Under the pieces are notes generated by a model. It was not told the origin of the DNA and did no database searches. It was given only the letters and a program-made list of their open reading frames with translations. A DNA stretch of 18,323 nucleotides, taken from NCBI GenBank assembly GCA_046758965.1, contig JBHIBG010000051.1, forward strand, positions 1 through 18,323, in the 5' to 3' direction. The position numbers were made by a program, and so were the translations under genes. Positions 16,020 through 18,323 of this stretch are shown piece after piece. Each line of letters begins with the position of its first letter. The stretch's first letter is position 1. Origin of the DNA: Candidatus Methylomirabilia bacterium (lineage in GTDB: Bacteria; Methylomirabilota; Methylomirabilia; Rokubacteriales; CSP1-6).

Positions 16020-16694
16020 ATGCCCGCCGAGAGCCCGGTCCTCGACGATCTGCGGGCCGATATCGGCCGGATCCCCACGGGGCCTCCACCCGAGGTTGGA
16101 GGGGGTGACGACAGGCCGCCTCAGCCCGAACCCGAGCGGAAACCGGTAATCGAAAACGCCAAGCTCGGCATGCTGATGTTTCTCGGGGCGGAGACCATGT
16201 TCTTCGGCGGGTTGATCGCCGCCTTTCTGGTCATGCGCCTCGGGGCACCAGCCTGGCCTCCTCCCGCGCAGCCACGCTTGCCGGTCGCGGTGACGGGGCT
16301 TAACACCCTCGTCCTGCTCGCCTCGAGCTTCACCCTGGCGCGGGCGCTCCGGGCCATCCGTCGCGGCGACCAGGCGGGCCTCTGCCGGGGCCTCGCCTGG
16401 ACGGCCGCGCTCGGGGCGATCTTTCTCGGCGTCCAGGGGTATGAGTGGGGGCGGCTGGTGACCTTCGGGCTCACCCTCTCCTCGGGGCTGTACGGGGCCA
16501 CCTTCTACACCTTGATCGGGACCCACGGCTTCCATGTGCTCGCCGCGCTCGTCACGCTGTCCGTCGTCTGGCTTCTGGCGAAGCGGGGACAGTTCACGGC
16601 GCGGAACTACCTGGGGGCATCGGTCTCCGGGATGTTCTGGCACTACGTGGTCGCCCTCTGGCCGATCCTCTACACGCTCGTCTACCTCGCGTGA
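16020..16694 (+). CDS. coxC: Cytochrome c oxidase subunit III family protein (copy 1)
   Basis: LGMLMFLGAETMFFGGL, NTLVLLASS, FLGVQGYEW, YGATFYTLIGTHGFHV, FWHYVVALW. Confidence 0.93.
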   Translation: MPAESPVLDDLRADIGRIPTGPPPEVGGGDDRPPQPEPERKPVIENAKLGMLMFLGAETMFFGGLIAAFLVMRLGAPAWPPPAQPRLPVAVTGLNTLVLLASSFTLARALRAIRRGDQAGLCRGLAWTAALGAIFLGVQGYEWGRLVTFGLTLSSGLYGATFYTLIGTHGFHVLAALVTLSVVWLLAKRGQFTARNYLGASVSGMFWHYVVALWPILYTLVYLA

Positions 16695-16733
16695 GGCCGG
16701 AGGGCCTGTGCTGATTCAAAAGGAGCCTCGACA

Positions 16734-17351
16734 GTGAGCAACATCAGTACGGCACACGTGGCTCTGGAGCCGGCAGAGTCGCCCCTGACGCCAGAAAGCT
16801 GGGGGAAGCTCGGTATGTGGATCTTCCTGGTCGGGGATGCCATGGGGTTCGGCACGCTGCTCGCCGGGTATGGCGCCGCTCGGTACGGGAGCGCCGACTG
16901 GCCCATCCCCTACGAGCGCCTCGGCATTGCCCTCACCGCGTTTATGACCTTTCTCCTGATCTGCTCGAGCGTCACCATGGTGAAGGCGCTGGAGGCGGTC
17001 AAGAAGGAGAACAAGCAGCAGGCGCTCGTCTACCTGGCCTTGACCGTCCTCGGCGGGGCGCTCTTCCTCGGGCTGCAGGCCTTCGAGTGGACGGAGCTCA
17101 TCCTTGAAGGGCTGATGATCTGGGGAAACCCGTGGGGCGCCTCCCTGTTCGGGACCACGTTCTTCCTCATCACGGGGTTCCACGGCCTCCACGTGGCCGG
17201 CGGGGTCATCTACCTCTCCGTCATGGTGGCGTTGGTGGCCCGAGCCCGTGACTGGGGCTGGACGTACAACGTCGTTGAGATCACGGGCCTCTACTGGCAC
17301 TTCGTCGATCTGGTGTGGATCATGGTGTTCACCTTCGTCTACCTTCTCTAG
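16734..17351 (+). CDS. coxC: Cytochrome c oxidase subunit III family protein (copy 2)
   Basis: WGKLGMWIFLVGDAMGF, TFLLICSSVTM, FLGLQAFEW, FFLITGFHGLHV, GLYWHFVDLVW; GTG start after AAGGAG. Confidence 0.93.
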   Translation: MSNISTAHVALEPAESPLTPESWGKLGMWIFLVGDAMGFGTLLAGYGAARYGSADWPIPYERLGIALTAFMTFLLICSSVTMVKALEAVKKENKQQALVYLALTVLGGALFLGLQAFEWTELILEGLMIWGNPWGASLFGTTFFLITGFHGLHVAGGVIYLSVMVALVARARDWGWTYNVVEITGLYWHFVDLVWIMVFTFVYLL

Positions 17352-17374
17352 GGATCGGGGTCCGGTGAGGATGG

Positions 17375-17429
17375 CCCCCTCACCCTTCCCTCTCCCCCGT
17401 CGAGGGGGAGAGGGCTCAAGGTGAGGGGG
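17375..17429. repeat. REP-like palindromic element, intergenic copy
   Basis: CCCCCTCACC-ctt-CCCTCTCCCCC-gtcga-GGGGGAGAGGG-ctcaa-GGTGAGGGGG: perfect 11-bp inner and 10-bp outer stems, no U-tract. Confidence 0.85.
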
Positions 17430-17491
17430 TTGGAGAGACACGGGACATTAGCAATCAAGTCGTCAAGAGCTGGAACCGCGAGGAGAGCACG

Positions 17492-17815
17492 ATGGCGACC
17501 GGGCACAAGGCTCCGAACTACTGGGCAATCTGGGGTTGGCTGTTTATCCTGACGGTGATTGAGGTGGTGGTGATCTTCCTCCCGCTGGCGAGGGTGTTCA
17601 TCGCGATCCTGCTGATTTCGCTGGCGATCTCCAAGGCCGTCCTGGTCGCGATGTTCTTCATGCACCTCAGGTTCGAGTATCGCACCCTCAGCCTGATCGC
17701 CGTTGTCCCGCTCATCCTCGGCGCCCTGCTCGTGTTCAGCCTCGTCCCCGACCACTCCGCGGTCGCGCACCGGACCGCCGAGACAATCAAACCGGCCTCC
17801 GCCGAAGCGCACTGA
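17492..17815 (+). CDS. coxD: Cytochrome c oxidase subunit IV (prokaryotic COX4 family)
   Basis: Three TM helices, LTVIEV, KAVLVAMFFMHLRFE motif; AGGAG RBS. Confidence 0.9.
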   Translation: MATGHKAPNYWAIWGWLFILTVIEVVVIFLPLARVFIAILLISLAISKAVLVAMFFMHLRFEYRTLSLIAVVPLILGALLVFSLVPDHSAVAHRTAETIKPASAEAH

Positions 17816-17842
17816 TGCCCGGGAGATGATCGTTCCGACGCC

Positions 17843-18208
17843 GTGCTTCATGTCAGGGGCGTACGACAGGTCCTCGCGCGCGCGGTCAGGCTCAGGTGCC
17901 CCCGCTGCGGGCTCGGCCTGCTCTTCCGTGGGCTCTTCGCCATGCGTGCCCGCTGCCCGGTCTGCCACCTTCGGTTCGAGCGGGAGTCCGGGTACTTCGT
18001 CGGCGCAATCTATATCAACTATGCCGCCACGGTGTTCGCCGTGATGGCCGGCTACTTCGTCCTCGATGGCCTCATCGGGCTTTCGCTCAGACGCCAGCTC
18101 GCCCTGTGGGGGACATTCAGCGTCGTCTTCCCGCTCTGGTTCTTCCGCTACAGCAAGAGCCTGTGGCTCTCGCTGGACAACTTCTTCGACCCGGAAGGAG
18201 GGCAGTGA
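17843..18208 (+). CDS. DUF983-like small membrane protein with two CxxC motifs
   Basis: RCPRCG.G.LF, CPVC..RFERESGYFVGA, two TM helices, FFRYSKSLWL; exact start uncertain. Confidence 0.75.
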   Translation: MLHVRGVRQVLARAVRLRCPRCGLGLLFRGLFAMRARCPVCHLRFERESGYFVGAIYINYAATVFAVMAGYFVLDGLIGLSLRRQLALWGTFSVVFPLWFFRYSKSLWLSLDNFFDPEGGQ

Positions 18209-18269
18209 TGAACCCTGTCGAACGCGGGAGCCACGACCGCTAAGCGCGCCGCCAACCCGGGAGGGGAGC

Positions 18270-18323
18270 ATGTACCGACACATCTACGTGCCTGTGGACA
18301 ACTCGGAGTACTCGAACCGCGCC
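18270..18323 (+). CDS. Universal stress protein (UspA family), 5' fragment running off the window
   Basis: GAGGGGAG RBS, then MYRHIYVPVDNSEYSNRA, matching the Usp N-terminal pattern MYxxILVPxDxSxxSxxA; only 18 codons visible. Confidence 0.7.
   Translation, partial: MYRHIYVPVDNSEYSNRA

Noticed and set aside
9233..17429. The two palindromes as CRISPR repeats or as ends of a composite mobile element
   Set aside because: Only two diverged copies 8 kb apart, with no spacers, cas genes, transposase or target-site duplication seen.
18208..18243. 11-codon ORF MNPVERGSHDR coupled to the DUF983-like stop
   Set aside because: Too short and featureless to support.

Overview
GC-rich bacterial window with two divergent blocks. 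Minus strand (70-5340): a protein quality-control cluster of degP/htrA, a dnaJ/cbpA-type gene and clpB. Plus strand (5657-18323): a long respiratory region. It opens with an unusual redox module: a CydA-like 'cytochrome bd-like' subunit with no cydB in the window, a membrane-anchored diheme cytochrome c, a triheme cytochrome c fused to an EbdC/NxrC-like heme-b domain, and a very basic cupredoxin-like protein. Next comes an A1-type heme-copper (aa3) oxidase operon: coxB, coxA, ctaA, ctaB, an unannotated 39-aa membrane ORF, two coxC genes and coxD. A DUF983-like gene and the 5' end of a universal stress protein close the window. Non-coding structure: back-to-back sigma70-like promoters sharing an identical 10-bp -35 box, and two copies of a REP-like palindrome, one translated in frame inside the multiheme cytochrome. 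Gene content and GC are reminiscent of Methylomirabilota/Rokubacteria-like organisms (inference only). Family calls come from motif recognition, not database searches.
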